A stretch of 64,000 bases of DNA from Elusimicrobiota bacterium (lineage in GTDB: Bacteria; Elusimicrobiota; Elusimicrobia; F11), in assembly GCA_044221725.1 (NCBI GenBank), contig JBGAON010000002.1, forward strand, positions 448,001-512,000, read 5' to 3'. Below are positions 16,807-27,354 of this stretch, one piece after another (positions within the stretch are counted from its first letter, which is position 1; every line of letters starts with the position of its first letter). Below the pieces are notes generated by a model. The model was not told where the DNA came from, made no database searches, and worked only from the letters and a program-made list of their open reading frames with translations. The position numbers and the translations under genes were made by a program.

Positions 16807-19494
16807 ATGCTACAGACCATTGTGCGTTTCTTCGCCGGGACGCGAAACGAACGCATCATTAAACAAATCCAACCGCTTGTTGATGAGATCAACACGCTTG
16901 AAGCGCAAATTCAGCCGCTGTCGAACGACGAACTTAAAGCGAAAACGACCGAATTTCGAAACGCGCTCGCCAACGGGAAAGCCCTCGACGAGATTCTTCC
17001 GGAGGCATTCGCCGTTGTGCGGGAAGCATCGAAGCGAACAATCGGTTTGCGGCATTTCGATGTGCAACTCATCGGTGGAATTGTCTTGCATCAAGGAAAA
17101 ATTGCCGAGATGAAAACCGGTGAAGGGAAAACGCTTGTTGCCACGCTGCCGGCCTACTTGAACGCTCTCGAAGGAAAAGGCGTGCACATTGTGACCGTGA
17201 ACGACTATCTGGCCAAGCGCGACCGTGAGTGGATGGGACCCATTTTCGAATTCCTTGGTCTGACCGTGGGTTTCATCCAACACGACATGCCGCTTCATCA
17301 GCACAAGGAAATGCATCACAAAGATATCACGTACATAACGAACAACGAATTGGGATTTGATTATCTGCGCGACAATCTTGTGCGCGTCGCCGAGCAACGT
17401 TCGCTGCGTCCGTTCAATTACGCGATCGTCGACGAAGTCGACTCCATCCTTATCGACGAAGCACGCACACCGCTGATCATTTCAGGGCAAGGGGACCCGG
17501 CCACGCAACGCTATTACGCGGCCGACAAATTGATTCCGCATTTGCAGGGCCGTTTCATCACCGAGAAAGAGGAAATTCAAGCGAAGTACACGAACACCGA
17601 TCTTTCGATCGGATACGATTTCATCGTGGATGAAAAAAATCACAGCGTCGTATTGACCGAGCAAGGGATTCAGAAATGCGAGCGAATGTTGAAGGTGCCG
17701 TCGTTGTACGACGATTTGCAAAACGAATGGGTTCACCATATTACGACGGCGCTCCGTGCGCACAATCTTTACAAGAAAGACGTTCACTATGTCGTAAAAG
17801 ACGGCGAAGTCATCATCGTTGACGAGTTTACGGGTCGCTTGATGCCGGGCCGCCGTTGGTCGGACGGTTTGCACCAAGCGGTCGAAGCAAAAGAGCACAT
17901 GCGCATCGCGGAGGAAAACCAAACGCTCGCGACGGTCACGTTCCAAAACTTCTTCCGTCAATTTAAGAAACTTTCTGGAATGACCGGCACAGCGCTCACC
18001 GAAGCCGACGAGTTCTGGCAGATCTACAAATTGGACGTTGTTGCGATTCCATCCAACAAGCCGAACATCCGTGTCGATTATGCGGACCGGATTTTCCGAA
18101 CAGAACGTGAAAAATTTAACGCGATCATCGATGAAATTGATGGGCTTTGGAAAAAGGGGCAACCGGTTCTTGTTGGTACGCGATCCATCGAAAAATCGGA
18201 AGCGCTGTCGGCGCTGCTGCGTCGCAAAGGAATCCCGCACCAGGTGTTGAACGCGAAGTACCACCAACAGGAAGCGCAAATTATTGCGCAAGCCGGACGA
18301 AAAGGTGCTGTCACGATCGCGACCAATATGGCGGGGCGCGGCACGGACATTTTGCTCGGTGGAAATCCGCAAGATGCGCAGGAAGCGGAGACGGTTCGTG
18401 TGGCCGGTGGCTTGCATGTTCTCGGCTCCGAGCGTCACGAATCACGCCGTATTGATAACCAACTGCGGGGGCGAACGGGCCGACAAGGCGATCCGGGGAG
18501 TTCGCGTTTCTATTTATCCCTTGAAGACGAACTCATGCGTTTGTTCGGTTCGGAGAGAATTTCCGCCATCATGGGAAAGCTTGGAATGGAAGAAGGGGAA
18601 GACATTCAGCATCCTTGGATCAACCGCGGCGTGGCCAACGCTCAAGCAAAAGTCGAAGCGATGAATTTCGATATTCGCAAACAGGTGCTTGATTACGACA
18701 ATGTCATGAACAAGCAGCGCGAAGCAATTTATCGGCTGCGTAACGCAATCCTCGACAAGTCGGATATGACCGAGCGCACCAAAGATATGATCCAAGAAGC
18801 GATTGAGGATCAACTTGCTGCTGTGGCGCCAAAAAATGCGGATGTGTCTCGTTGGGATTTCGAAACGTTAAAAGCATGGCTCAAAGCGGATTTTGGTATT
18901 GAATGGACGGTGCCTGTCGAAGAGATTAACGGGCGAGAAAATCTTGAAGATCGGCTCAAAGAAGCCATCCAGAAAGCCCACGACGTGCGACAGGCGGAAA
19001 TCGGAGCGGAACATTTTGCCGAATTGCAGCGCGGCGTATTTCTTTCAATTCTCGATAGCGTTTGGGTTGAACACCTCACGTACCTGGAGCAATTGCGCCG
19101 CGGCATCTTCTTGCGTGCGTACGGCCAGAAGGATCCGCTTATTGAATTTCAGAAGGAAGGTTTTCGGCTGTTTGAAACCATGATGGTTCGCGTTCGCGAA
19201 ACGTTTCTCGAATATATATTCCACATTTCTTACGCGGCGGCTGAATCGAACATGGATAATCAGGTAAGCGCGCCAATGATCACGCAGAAAGAAGAAGTTC
19301 TTGGTATGGGAACGGCCGGTGGCACCGACAAACCTTTGCCCAACGTATCGAACGGTGCACCGAGAGGTGTGGTGCCGATGCCAACGGGTTCCGCAAAAAG
19401 CGGCGCGGCGCCGATCGCCGTCGACAAAATCGGCCGCAACGATTTGTGTCCGTGCGGAAGCGGCAAGAAATATAAGAAATGTCACGGTAAATGA
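16807..19494 (+). CDS. secA: Preprotein translocase ATPase SecA
   Basis: MKTGEGKT, DEVDSILIDEARTPLIISG, ATNMAGRGTDI, C-terminal SEC-C CPCGSGKKYKKCHG. Confidence 0.98.
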   Translation: MLQTIVRFFAGTRNERIIKQIQPLVDEINTLEAQIQPLSNDELKAKTTEFRNALANGKALDEILPEAFAVVREASKRTIGLRHFDVQLIGGIVLHQGKIAEMKTGEGKTLVATLPAYLNALEGKGVHIVTVNDYLAKRDREWMGPIFEFLGLTVGFIQHDMPLHQHKEMHHKDITYITNNELGFDYLRDNLVRVAEQRSLRPFNYAIVDEVDSILIDEARTPLIISGQGDPATQRYYAADKLIPHLQGRFITEKEEIQAKYTNTDLSIGYDFIVDEKNHSVVLTEQGIQKCERMLKVPSLYDDLQNEWVHHITTALRAHNLYKKDVHYVVKDGEVIIVDEFTGRLMPGRRWSDGLHQAVEAKEHMRIAEENQTLATVTFQNFFRQFKKLSGMTGTALTEADEFWQIYKLDVVAIPSNKPNIRVDYADRIFRTEREKFNAIIDEIDGLWKKGQPVLVGTRSIEKSEALSALLRRKGIPHQVLNAKYHQQEAQIIAQAGRKGAVTIATNMAGRGTDILLGGNPQDAQEAETVRVAGGLHVLGSERHESRRIDNQLRGRTGRQGDPGSSRFYLSLEDELMRLFGSERISAIMGKLGMEEGEDIQHPWINRGVANAQAKVEAMNFDIRKQVLDYDNVMNKQREAIYRLRNAILDKSDMTERTKDMIQEAIEDQLAAVAPKNADVSRWDFETLKAWLKADFGIEWTVPVEEINGRENLEDRLKEAIQKAHDVRQAEIGAEHFAELQRGVFLSILDSVWVEHLTYLEQLRRGIFLRAYGQKDPLIEFQKEGFRLFETMMVRVRETFLEYIFHISYAAAESNMDNQVSAPMITQKEEVLGMGTAGGTDKPLPNVSNGAPRGVVPMPTGSAKSGAAPIAVDKIGRNDLCPCGSGKKYKKCHGK

Positions 19495-20909
19495 CCGAGC
19501 TGCTTGGCGCCGTGTTGAGCGGCGTGCTTTACGGATGTTCGTTTCCTAATTTCAACTTTCACATTCTCGCCTGGTTCGCTTTCGTTCCTTTCCTTACGGT
19601 TTCCACTCGGTTTCGCACAGGTTTCCTGTTTGGTTTCGTCGCAAACTTGATCATCTTTTTTTGGATTTGGAAAACTTTCCTCGCTGCTAACATTGGTGGG
19701 GTCACGACATTTTCTGTTTGGATCGCATTGGCGAGTATCCTAGCGGTCTATTTTGGTTTGTTTGGCGTCGTGTACCGAAAACTTCCAGCCAACATGGCGC
19801 GCCCCTGGTTGGCCGCCCTCGTGTGGATTTTGTTTGAGAAAGTGAGGTCGCTCGTAATCACCGGTTTCCCGTGGGCACTTTTAGCCCACACGCAAGTGGC
19901 CAATAAGCCCATTTTGCAGCTGGCGTCCATCGGAGGAGAACTATTTGTTTCTTTCGCTGTGGTCCTCGTTAATCTGACGCTCGCAGAAATCATCGCCGCC
20001 CGAAACAAAAAAAATATTGCGAATGCCGCCATCGTTGGATTTTTGTTCGGCGTTGTGTGTATTTGGGGAACGCTCCGGGTCACGTCAATTAAATCGGGCG
20101 AAAGCTTGAGCTCGTTTGTGAAAGTGGGGTTGCTGCAAGGAAACATTGATCAATATCAGAAATGGGATGCGACGTACGAGGCGGGCATTCGCGAACGTTA
20201 CGAATCGTTGGTGACCGACATTCTGCCGTCGAAACCCGATTTGGTTATTTGGCCGGAAAGTGCTGTTCCCGGTTGGTATCCCGTCCAGAAATTTTACGTG
20301 GACTGGGTGGAGGGCGTCGTAACGAAGTCGAACACGTTTCACTTGATCGGCGCCGTTACCAAACGCGACGATAAAGATTTCAATGCGGCGTTTTTTCTGA
20401 ATCCGAAGGCGGAGATCGTTGGCGAATACGATAAACAAAAACTCGTTCCGTTCGGTGAATACATTCCGTTTGGTGGATTTCTTAAACGCTGGATCCCGTA
20501 TTTGGGCCAGCTGGGAACGTTTGATTCGGGCGCCGGGCCAGTTATCTTTGATTTAAACGGCGTTAAATTTTCCGCAACGATCTGCTACGAAGCGATGTTT
20601 GGCTATCTGTTTCAACGGAAATCGACAAGCGACGTGGATGTTTTCGTGAATATCACAAACGACGGTTGGTTTTTGGACAGCGCCGCTCCGGAACAACATT
20701 ATGTCGCAAATGTTTTTCGAGCCGTAGAAACCGGACGGCCGGTCGTTCGGGCCGCCAACACCGGAATTTCCGCGGTCATCGATCCGGCCGGACGAGAACT
20801 TTTCCGAACGGCGTTGCTCGTTAAAGGAAGTAACGTGGTCGATGTGCCGATTCATCGCGAGCGCACAATTTTCTCTATGTTATACTCCAAGCTATGTCGC
20901 GCGAATTAA
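19491..20909 (+). CDS. lnt: Apolipoprotein N-acyltransferase
   Basis: TGFPW, QGNI, WPE, KQKLVPFGEY, ICYE, TNDGWF, RAANTGIS. Confidence 0.95.
   Translation: MTELLGAVLSGVLYGCSFPNFNFHILAWFAFVPFLTVSTRFRTGFLFGFVANLIIFFWIWKTFLAANIGGVTTFSVWIALASILAVYFGLFGVVYRKLPANMARPWLAALVWILFEKVRSLVITGFPWALLAHTQVANKPILQLASIGGELFVSFAVVLVNLTLAEIIAARNKKNIANAAIVGFLFGVVCIWGTLRVTSIKSGESLSSFVKVGLLQGNIDQYQKWDATYEAGIRERYESLVTDILPSKPDLVIWPESAVPGWYPVQKFYVDWVEGVVTKSNTFHLIGAVTKRDDKDFNAAFFLNPKAEIVGEYDKQKLVPFGEYIPFGGFLKRWIPYLGQLGTFDSGAGPVIFDLNGVKFSATICYEAMFGYLFQRKSTSDVDVFVNITNDGWFLDSAAPEQHYVANVFRAVETGRPVVRAANTGISAVIDPAGRELFRTALLVKGSNVVDVPIHRERTIFSMLYSKLCRAN
20878..20886 (+). promoter_or_regulatory. Extended -10 promoter for prfB, leaderless configuration
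   Basis: TG-T-TATACT, 7 nt before ATG 20894; lies inside the lnt 3' end. Confidence 0.55.
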
Positions 20910-22022
20910 GAAATCAGATTGAAACTCTTTCCAAGAAAGTCACTGACTTGGGGAGGTTTCTTTGACCTGCCTGGAAAAAGAGATCTCGTAGCTCGCCTCG
21001 AACAAGAATCCTCAAATCCGGATTTTTGGCAAAACGCTCAGAACGCAAAACGCGTGATGCGCGACCTCACCTCGGCGAAAGAGGCGCTTAAAACGTGGAA
21101 CGATCTTTCAACGCATTTGCAGGATTTATCAACCCATCTCGATTTGGCAGAAGAAGCGGCTGATGAGAACGAAGAAAAAGAAGTGGCGAGCGGTCTTGGA
21201 AAGCTTCAACAAACGTTGTCCGATCTCGAGATTCGCGCTCTATTGAACGGTCCGCACGACAATTCCGATGCGATCATGACACTTCATTCCGGTGCCGGCG
21301 GAACCGAAGCGGCGGATTGGGCTCAAATGCTGTTCCGAATGTACACGCGCTGGGCCGAACGAAAGGGAATGCAACTGGAAGTGACCGACTTTCTTGAGGG
21401 TGACGGCGCCGGACTCAAACGCGTAATGGCTGTTATTCGCGGTCCGTACGCGTACGGACTTCTTAAAGCCGAGGCCGGGGTTCATCGGTTGGTTCGAATT
21501 TCTCCTTTTGATTCCAATGCGCGACGGCATACATCGTTTGCGGCGCTTGATGTCATTCCTGAAATCGATGACGACATTAATATTGAAGTGAAGGACGCCG
21601 ATTTGAAAATTGACACGTACCGATCCTCCGGGGCCGGCGGGCAGCACGTCAATAAAACGGAATCCGCTGTTCGAATTACCCACGTCCCGAGCGGCATTGT
21701 TGTCGCTTGTCAACAAGAACGGTCTCAAATAAAGAACCGTGAGACCGCGATGCGAATTCTCAAATCAAAACTTTTTGATCTCGAACAAGAGAAAAAACGT
21801 GCGGCGCTGGAAAAACATTACGACGAGCGCGGGCAGATTGCGTGGGGACATCAAATTCGTTCGTATGTTTTCATGCCGTATCAATTGGTTAAAGAGGAAC
21901 GTTTTGATTTTAAAACAAGCCAGGTGCAGGAAGTGTTGGACGGGGGAATCGATCCATTTATCAAAGCGTATCTCGATTGGAAGGCCACCAACAAAGATGC
22001 TACACTGCCAGCCAATTCATAG
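20894..22022 (+). CDS. prfB: Peptide chain release factor 2, with programmed +1 frameshift
   Basis: Frame 0 MSRELRNQIETLSKKVTDLGRFL ends at TGA 20963-20965; +1 frame continues DLPGK... and carries SPF and GGQ motifs. Confidence 0.96.
20951..20966 (+). other. RF2 +1 frameshift cassette
   Basis: GGGAGG-TTT-CTT-TGA-C: internal SD, 3-nt spacer, slippery CTT, weak stop TGAC. Confidence 0.95.
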
Positions 22023-22030
22023 GAGGATTC

Positions 22031-22399
22031 GTGTCCAAGATTCTGGTTGTTGACGATGAAAAAGACGTCGTTGAGCTTTTGAAATTTTTGCTTGAGAAAG
22101 ACGGGTACGCGGTGATCACCGCGCACAATGGTCGCGAAGCATTGAACGCAGCGAACGAAAGCTTACCGGATCTTATTTTATTGGACGTGATGATGCCTGA
22201 GATGGACGGGTACACCGTTCAGACGCAACTTTTGGATAATCCTAAGACGCGAGAGATTCCGATCATTATTCTTACCGCAAAAGGGCAATTGCGCGATGTC
22301 TTCGCAATGTCCGCCAACGTTAAAGCCTATATTGAAAAACCTTTCGATCCAAAAACGTTGCGATCAAAGATTTCTGAATCCCTGAAACCGAAATCTTGA
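22031..22399 (+). CDS. Single-domain response regulator (CheY-like receiver)
   Basis: SD AGGAGG 22021-22026 before GTG; VVDDE, LLDVMMP, ILTAK, EKPF. Confidence 0.93.
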   Translation: MSKILVVDDEKDVVELLKFLLEKDGYAVITAHNGREALNAANESLPDLILLDVMMPEMDGYTVQTQLLDNPKTREIPIIILTAKGQLRDVFAMSANVKAYIEKPFDPKTLRSKISESLKPKS

Positions 22400-23919
22400 A
22401 CAAGCCCGCACCAACCTCTGCTGAAACGACGGTCGCCGTTGAGCAGCTGATTCAACAGCGCCGCGAAAAGAAAGATCGTTTGCTTTCCCAAGGAAAGACT
22501 CCTTACGGACATCGGTTCGTCCGCACGCACACACTTTTGCAGGTGGTGAACGAATTCGATTCCAAGATTCCGAAAGTGGAAGGTCAGCCGTCACCGCTCG
22601 ATAGCGCTGTTTTAAAGGTTGCCGGCCGCCTCATGACGCGTCGTGATCTCGGCAAACTTTGTTTCGCGCACATCAAAGACAATTCCGGTCAGCTTCAGTT
22701 GAAATTGAACGTCGCGGATTTGGGAGCGGAGATATACAAGGAGTTTCTCAAAGAAGTTGATTTGGGTGACATCCTTGGCATCACTGGTTCCATGTGTCGC
22801 ACGAAGACCGGCGAACTGACGCTGCAGGTACAATCATTCGAAATTTTGTCCAAATCACTGCGGCCCTGGCCCGAGAAATTTCATGGCATGACCGACGTCG
22901 AAATGCGCTCGCGCCAACGCGAATTGGACTTGGGAACAAATCAGGAAAGCAAGAATCGATTTTTGAGTCGTTCGAACATTATTCACTCGTTGCGCCGCAC
23001 GCTCGCGCAAGAACACTTTGTCGAAGTCGAAACCCCGCTTATGCAAGCGGTCCCTGGCGGAGCGGCCGCGAAACCATTTACCACGCATCACGAGGCGCTC
23101 GATACAAAGCTTTATATGCGGATCGCTCCCGAACTTTATTTGAAGCGTCTTCTCGTCGGCGGATTTGAACGGGTGTACGAAATTGGACGTGCGTTTCGAA
23201 ACGAAGGCATCGACACAAGGCACAACCCGGAGTTCACGATTCTCGAAGCGTATCAAGCGTACGGCGATGTGAACGATATGATGGATTTGGCGGAGAAACT
23301 GATTCAGGGCGCCGCAAAAGAATTGGGCGTCACCACGGTTAATTACCGAAACGAAACCTGCAACATTCAAGAACCGTTTGATCGCGCATCGCTTGTCGAT
23401 TTGTTTAAGAGATTTTTGGACCTCGATATGATCGATCTTTGCAAAACAAAGAAATGGACCGAGGCCGCGGTTTCGAAAGGATTAAAGATTCCCAAAGACG
23501 CCACCGAACGAAAAATATTCGATCTTTTGTTTGATGAACGCATTCTCGTCCATTTGAATAAGCCGACGTTTGTGCTCGACTATCCGTCAGCGTTTTCGCC
23601 ATTGGCAAAAACGAAGCCGAACGAGCCCTTGTTGGCCGATCGATTTGAACTTTTTATTGCGAAGGAAGAAGTGGCAAACGCCTACACCGAGCAGAACGAT
23701 CCCGATGAGCAGCGCCGCAAATTTGGGGAGGAGCTCGCGAAGCGCCAGTCGGGTGATGAAGAGGCCATGCCGAAGGATGAAGAATTCATTTTGGCGCTTG
23801 AGCACGGAATGCCGCCGGCCGGCGGATTGGGAATCGGGATCGACCGGCTCACCATGATTTTGACCGGATGCGCTTCCATTCGCGAAGTCATTTTATTTCC
23901 ACTACTAAAACCTCAATGA
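22396..23919 (+). CDS. lysS: Lysine--tRNA ligase (class II)
   Basis: OB fold, EVETP, RIAPELYLKRL, FRNEG..HNPEF, GMPPAGGLGIGIDRL. Confidence 0.97.
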   Translation: MNKPAPTSAETTVAVEQLIQQRREKKDRLLSQGKTPYGHRFVRTHTLLQVVNEFDSKIPKVEGQPSPLDSAVLKVAGRLMTRRDLGKLCFAHIKDNSGQLQLKLNVADLGAEIYKEFLKEVDLGDILGITGSMCRTKTGELTLQVQSFEILSKSLRPWPEKFHGMTDVEMRSRQRELDLGTNQESKNRFLSRSNIIHSLRRTLAQEHFVEVETPLMQAVPGGAAAKPFTTHHEALDTKLYMRIAPELYLKRLLVGGFERVYEIGRAFRNEGIDTRHNPEFTILEAYQAYGDVNDMMDLAEKLIQGAAKELGVTTVNYRNETCNIQEPFDRASLVDLFKRFLDLDMIDLCKTKKWTEAAVSKGLKIPKDATERKIFDLLFDERILVHLNKPTFVLDYPSAFSPLAKTKPNEPLLADRFELFIAKEEVANAYTEQNDPDEQRRKFGEELAKRQSGDEEAMPKDEEFILALEHGMPPAGGLGIGIDRLTMILTGCASIREVILFPLLKPQ

Positions 23920-23924
23920 ACACC

Positions 23925-23995
23925 GCGATCAGCTCACAGCTTCCAGCTTTTCGGTGGAACAATGTGCTGAAAGCTGATCGCTGAGAGCTGAAAGC
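23925..23995. repeat. Intergenic inverted array of GCTGNNN heptamers forming a hairpin
   Basis: Three reverse copies (GATCAGC TCACAGC TTCCAGC, 23927-23947) and four forward copies (GCTGAAA GCTGATC GCTGAGA GCTGAAA, 23966-23993); 23925-23940 pairs with 23966-23981 at 14/16. Confidence 0.8.
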
Positions 23996-23997
23996 CA

Positions 23998-25233
23998 ATG
24001 TCCGCCGAACTTTATCTCGCTTTCCGCTATCTCACGAACCGCCGACAAGGTGCTTACGGGTGGATGATTGGCTGGCTCGCCACCGGCAGTGTGGCACTTG
24101 GTGTCGCTTCTCTTATTATCACTCTCGCTGTTATGACAGGTTTTCGTGAAGACATCCGCGAAAAAATCCTCGGCGTACAACCGCACATATTTGTGACAGG
24201 TTTTATGGGCCAGATCGATCCTGCAAGCGCCGACCTTTCAAAGGTGCTTGATACCGAACCCACGATTGCTGGATGGTCGCCCTATGTTTCTGGTCAGGTG
24301 CTGATTGGGCACGGTTCTCAGAGTTCTGGCGCAATGATGAAGGGAATTGACCCGGCGCGCGAACCCACGGTGGCGAATCTCGAAAAGAAACTGATTCACG
24401 GCAAATGGGAGCATCTTTCGCTGGGGATAACGAAGGAATCGAAGCCCCGTATTTTTCTCGGCGCGGAACTCGCGCGCAACATTGGCACGAAAGTAGGAGA
24501 AACGGTCTGGGTGATTACGCCCGGTTCTATTGGGCTGACCGCATTGTCCATTCCTCAGGCCCATTTGTTCCTCGTTGCAGGTATTGTTCAGTCGGGGCTC
24601 TACGATTACGATTCGTCGCTTGCTTACATCGATCTAAAGCCGGCTCAATCTCTTTTTGACATGGGCAACATGATTTCCGGTGTCGGTCTCCGACTCAAAA
24701 ATGTTGAAGACGCTGACGCCGTGGCACGCACTCTGCAACGTCGGTTTGAAGGCGCTTACTGGGTTCAATCGTGGTTGTCCCGAAATCGAAATCTGTTTTC
24801 CGCTCTTAAACTCGAAAAGACCGTGATGTTCATTATCCTCACGCTGGTAACCTTGGTCGCCTCGGTAATGATTGTGAGCAACCTATTACTTTCCATTACA
24901 CAAAAGATCAAAGAGATTGGAATTCTTCGGGCGATGGGCGCCACCAAAGCTACCATCCACCGGATTTTTTTATTCCAGGGAATCATCATGGGCGTGGCCG
25001 GAACGTTGATTGGTACCGTTTTGGGTATAGGGATCTCCGTTCTTTTGGCGCGCACCAATCTAATTCAACTTCCGGCGGACGTGTACTACATCGATAAGTT
25101 ACCTGTCCGCCTTGATCCGATCGATATCATCACGGTCGTTTTTGCCGCGGTGGTTATTGTTCTGCTGGCCACGCTCTATCCAGCTCGACGCGCTGCGGAG
25201 CTCGACCCCTTGGATGCAATTCGATATGGCTAG
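23998..25233 (+). CDS. lolE: Lipoprotein-releasing ABC permease LolC/E family
   Basis: LAVMTGF, N.NLFSALKLEK, EIGILRAMGA, DVYYIDKLP, YPARRAA..DP.DAIRY. Confidence 0.92.
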   Translation: MSAELYLAFRYLTNRRQGAYGWMIGWLATGSVALGVASLIITLAVMTGFREDIREKILGVQPHIFVTGFMGQIDPASADLSKVLDTEPTIAGWSPYVSGQVLIGHGSQSSGAMMKGIDPAREPTVANLEKKLIHGKWEHLSLGITKESKPRIFLGAELARNIGTKVGETVWVITPGSIGLTALSIPQAHLFLVAGIVQSGLYDYDSSLAYIDLKPAQSLFDMGNMISGVGLRLKNVEDADAVARTLQRRFEGAYWVQSWLSRNRNLFSALKLEKTVMFIILTLVTLVASVMIVSNLLLSITQKIKEIGILRAMGATKATIHRIFLFQGIIMGVAGTLIGTVLGIGISVLLARTNLIQLPADVYYIDKLPVRLDPIDIITVVFAAVVIVLLATLYPARRAAELDPLDAIRYG

Positions 25234-25900
25234 CGTTTTGGAGCTCCAATCGATTTCAAAAAGTTTTGGAAAACTCCAGATTCTCAATGAAATCGATTTA
25301 AAACTTGATAGTGGGGATTCGGTCGCTATTGTGGGAACATCCGGGGCCGGCAAATCCACTCTTTTGCATGTCGCGGGACTCATGGAGCCGCCAACCACTG
25401 GAAAAATTTTCCTTAACGGACGACTCACGTCCTCAATGTCGGATACTCTACGGTCGCAACAACGGCTCAACACGATTGGATTTTTGTTTCAGTTCCATTA
25501 CTTGTTGCCCGACTTGAACGTGCTTGAGAATGTAATAATTCCTTCCCGATTGGCCGGGGAAGACGTCTCCGGCGCGATGATCGAAGCGAAGATGCTACTT
25601 GACCGGCTTGGTCTTTCGAATCGGCTGACACATAAACCCCATCAGCTTTCAGGAGGGGAGCAGCAACGCGTGGGACTGGCGCGCGCGTTAATTCGTCGTC
25701 CGAAGCTGCTGCTGTGCGATGAACCCACAGGCAATCTCGATGAGCACACGGCACAATCGGTCAGCGATTTAATTTTCTCGGAAATTCATCGTGATGGCGT
25801 TGCGACTATCATTGTGACGCACAACGAAGAACTGGCCAAAAAAGCCGGAACCACGTATCATTTGTCGGACGGTAATTTCAGAAAACGAAGGAGTTCTTAA
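25226..25900 (+). CDS. lolD: Lipoprotein-releasing ABC ATPase
   Basis: [19 protein letters not shown]olD motif, [19 protein letters not shown] 25226 overlaps the permease end. Confidence 0.9.
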   Translation: MASVLELQSISKSFGKLQILNEIDLKLDSGDSVAIVGTSGAGKSTLLHVAGLMEPPTTGKIFLNGRLTSSMSDTLRSQQRLNTIGFLFQFHYLLPDLNVLENVIIPSRLAGEDVSGAMIEAKMLLDRLGLSNRLTHKPHQLSGGEQQRVGLARALIRRPKLLLCDEPTGNLDEHTAQSVSDLIFSEIHRDGVATIIVTHNEELAKKAGTTYHLSDGNFRKRRSS

Positions 25901-25903
25901 GGA

Positions 25904-26782
25904 ATGTCGGATCCCAAAATATACATCGATGGAAAATGGTTGTCGAAAAGAGACGCCAAAGTTTCCGTTTTCGATCACGGGCTCTTGTACGGCGATGGCG
26001 TGTTCGAGGGGATTCGCGCCTATCATGGGCATGTCTTCCGATTGGAACAACACCTGCGACGGCTCGAGCGTTCGGCTTCGCTCATCTCGTTAAAAATCCC
26101 GCTTACCATAAGCGATTTAGCAGCAATTGTTCGAACAGCTATTAAGAAAAATGGATTGCAGGACGCCTACATTCGTTTGTTGATAACGCGCGGTGTGGGC
26201 GACCTTGGTCTTGATCCACGAGCGTGCCCTCGGCCCTCCGTGATTGTGATCGCTGACAAACTACGCCTTTTCCCAGCCGAATGTTACGAGAACGGACTAT
26301 CGGCGGTGTTTGCGAAGACGCGTCGCAATTTGACCGCGGCGCTCGACCCAAGCATCAAGTCAATGAACTACCTGAACAATATCTTGGCTAAGATTGAAGC
26401 AGTTCGGAAGAACGTGCCCGAAGCGTTGATGCTTAATGTGAACGGTCACGTGTCCGAATGTACCGGTGACAATGTGTTTTTCGTGAAGGGGAACACCGTT
26501 GTCACCCCGCCCACCTCCGCCGGGGTGCTTGTCGGTATCACGCGCGCTGTGGTTTTTGAAATCATCAAGAAACACACCACGTTCAAACTGAAAGAACAAT
26601 TGTTCTATCCCCGAAGTCTGTTTGACGCGGACGAAGTGTTTTTTACCGGAACGGCCGCCGAGATCATCCCCGTCACGAAGATCGACGGTCGCAAGATTGG
26701 AAAAGGACGACCCGGGCCGGCGACCATACATTTGATAAATCTCTTCAAACAGCTCGTGCGCCATGAGGCGGACAATTCGTAG
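25904..26782 (+). CDS. ilvE: Branched-chain amino acid aminotransferase (class IV PLP)
   Basis: DHGLLYGDGVFEGIRAY, KSMNY, ECTGDN, GITR, TGTAAEI. Confidence 0.93.
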   Translation: MSDPKIYIDGKWLSKRDAKVSVFDHGLLYGDGVFEGIRAYHGHVFRLEQHLRRLERSASLISLKIPLTISDLAAIVRTAIKKNGLQDAYIRLLITRGVGDLGLDPRACPRPSVIVIADKLRLFPAECYENGLSAVFAKTRRNLTAALDPSIKSMNYLNNILAKIEAVRKNVPEALMLNVNGHVSECTGDNVFFVKGNTVVTPPTSAGVLVGITRAVVFEIIKKHTTFKLKEQLFYPRSLFDADEVFFTGTAAEIIPVTKIDGRKIGKGRPGPATIHLINLFKQLVRHEADNS

Positions 26783-26787
26783 GTCGT

Positions 26788-27354
26788 ATGATCTGCTCGG
26801 AATGCAAAACAAAAGAAGCAAGTTTTCATTTCCGCGGCCTCATTAATGGCGCCAATGTTAATCTCGAACTTTGCGAAAGTTGTGCGAAAAAAAAAGGCCT
26901 CAATCTCGATATTCTAAATTCAACGGCCGACGAAATCTTTACGGCGCCGTTCAGTTTCCCTACCCAAGTCGCTCCCGCGTTTAACGAATTGTTTGACGTG
27001 TTAACAAACTGGCACTCGAAATTGGGATCCGCTCCGGTCAACAAGTCCGCTTGCCCGGCGTGCCATTGGACTTTGGCTCAATTCAAGAAATCCGGTCGAA
27101 TGGGATGTTCGGAGTGTTATCTTCATTTCCATGACGAAACCGAAAATTTTCTCGTAAAAATTCATGGTAGCACGTCCCACAAAGGGAAGAAGGCGCCTGC
27201 CGAGGTTGCGAAAATGAAAATAAAAGACCGCGAGAAGATGATTGCTAGCTTGCGACTCGAGTTGCAGCAGGCGATTTCTAAAGAACAATACGAGTTAGCG
27301 GCGAAGCTACGCGACAAAATCGTGGAGTTCGAGAAAAAATATGAGCAAAAGTGA
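26788..27354 (+). CDS. mcsA: McsA-type activator of protein arginine kinase
   Basis: Four CxxC motifs, IHG...H.GK, C-terminal UVR motif EQYELAAKLRDKI; directly upstream of mcsB-clpC. Confidence 0.9.
   Translation: MICSECKTKEASFHFRGLINGANVNLELCESCAKKKGLNLDILNSTADEIFTAPFSFPTQVAPAFNELFDVLTNWHSKLGSAPVNKSACPACHWTLAQFKKSGRMGCSECYLHFHDETENFLVKIHGSTSHKGKKAPAEVAKMKIKDREKMIASLRLELQQAISKEQYELAAKLRDKIVEFEKKYEQK

Noticed and set aside
17482..18438. 318-aa ORF antisense to secA, and similar shadows over exbD, metH and recG
   Set aside because: Reverse-frame artefacts of codon bias in conserved genes.
20919..20963. ORF-track start of prfB (TTG 20919, MKLFPRK...) or a prfB pseudogene call
   Set aside because: Explained by the canonical +1 programmed frameshift from ATG 20894.
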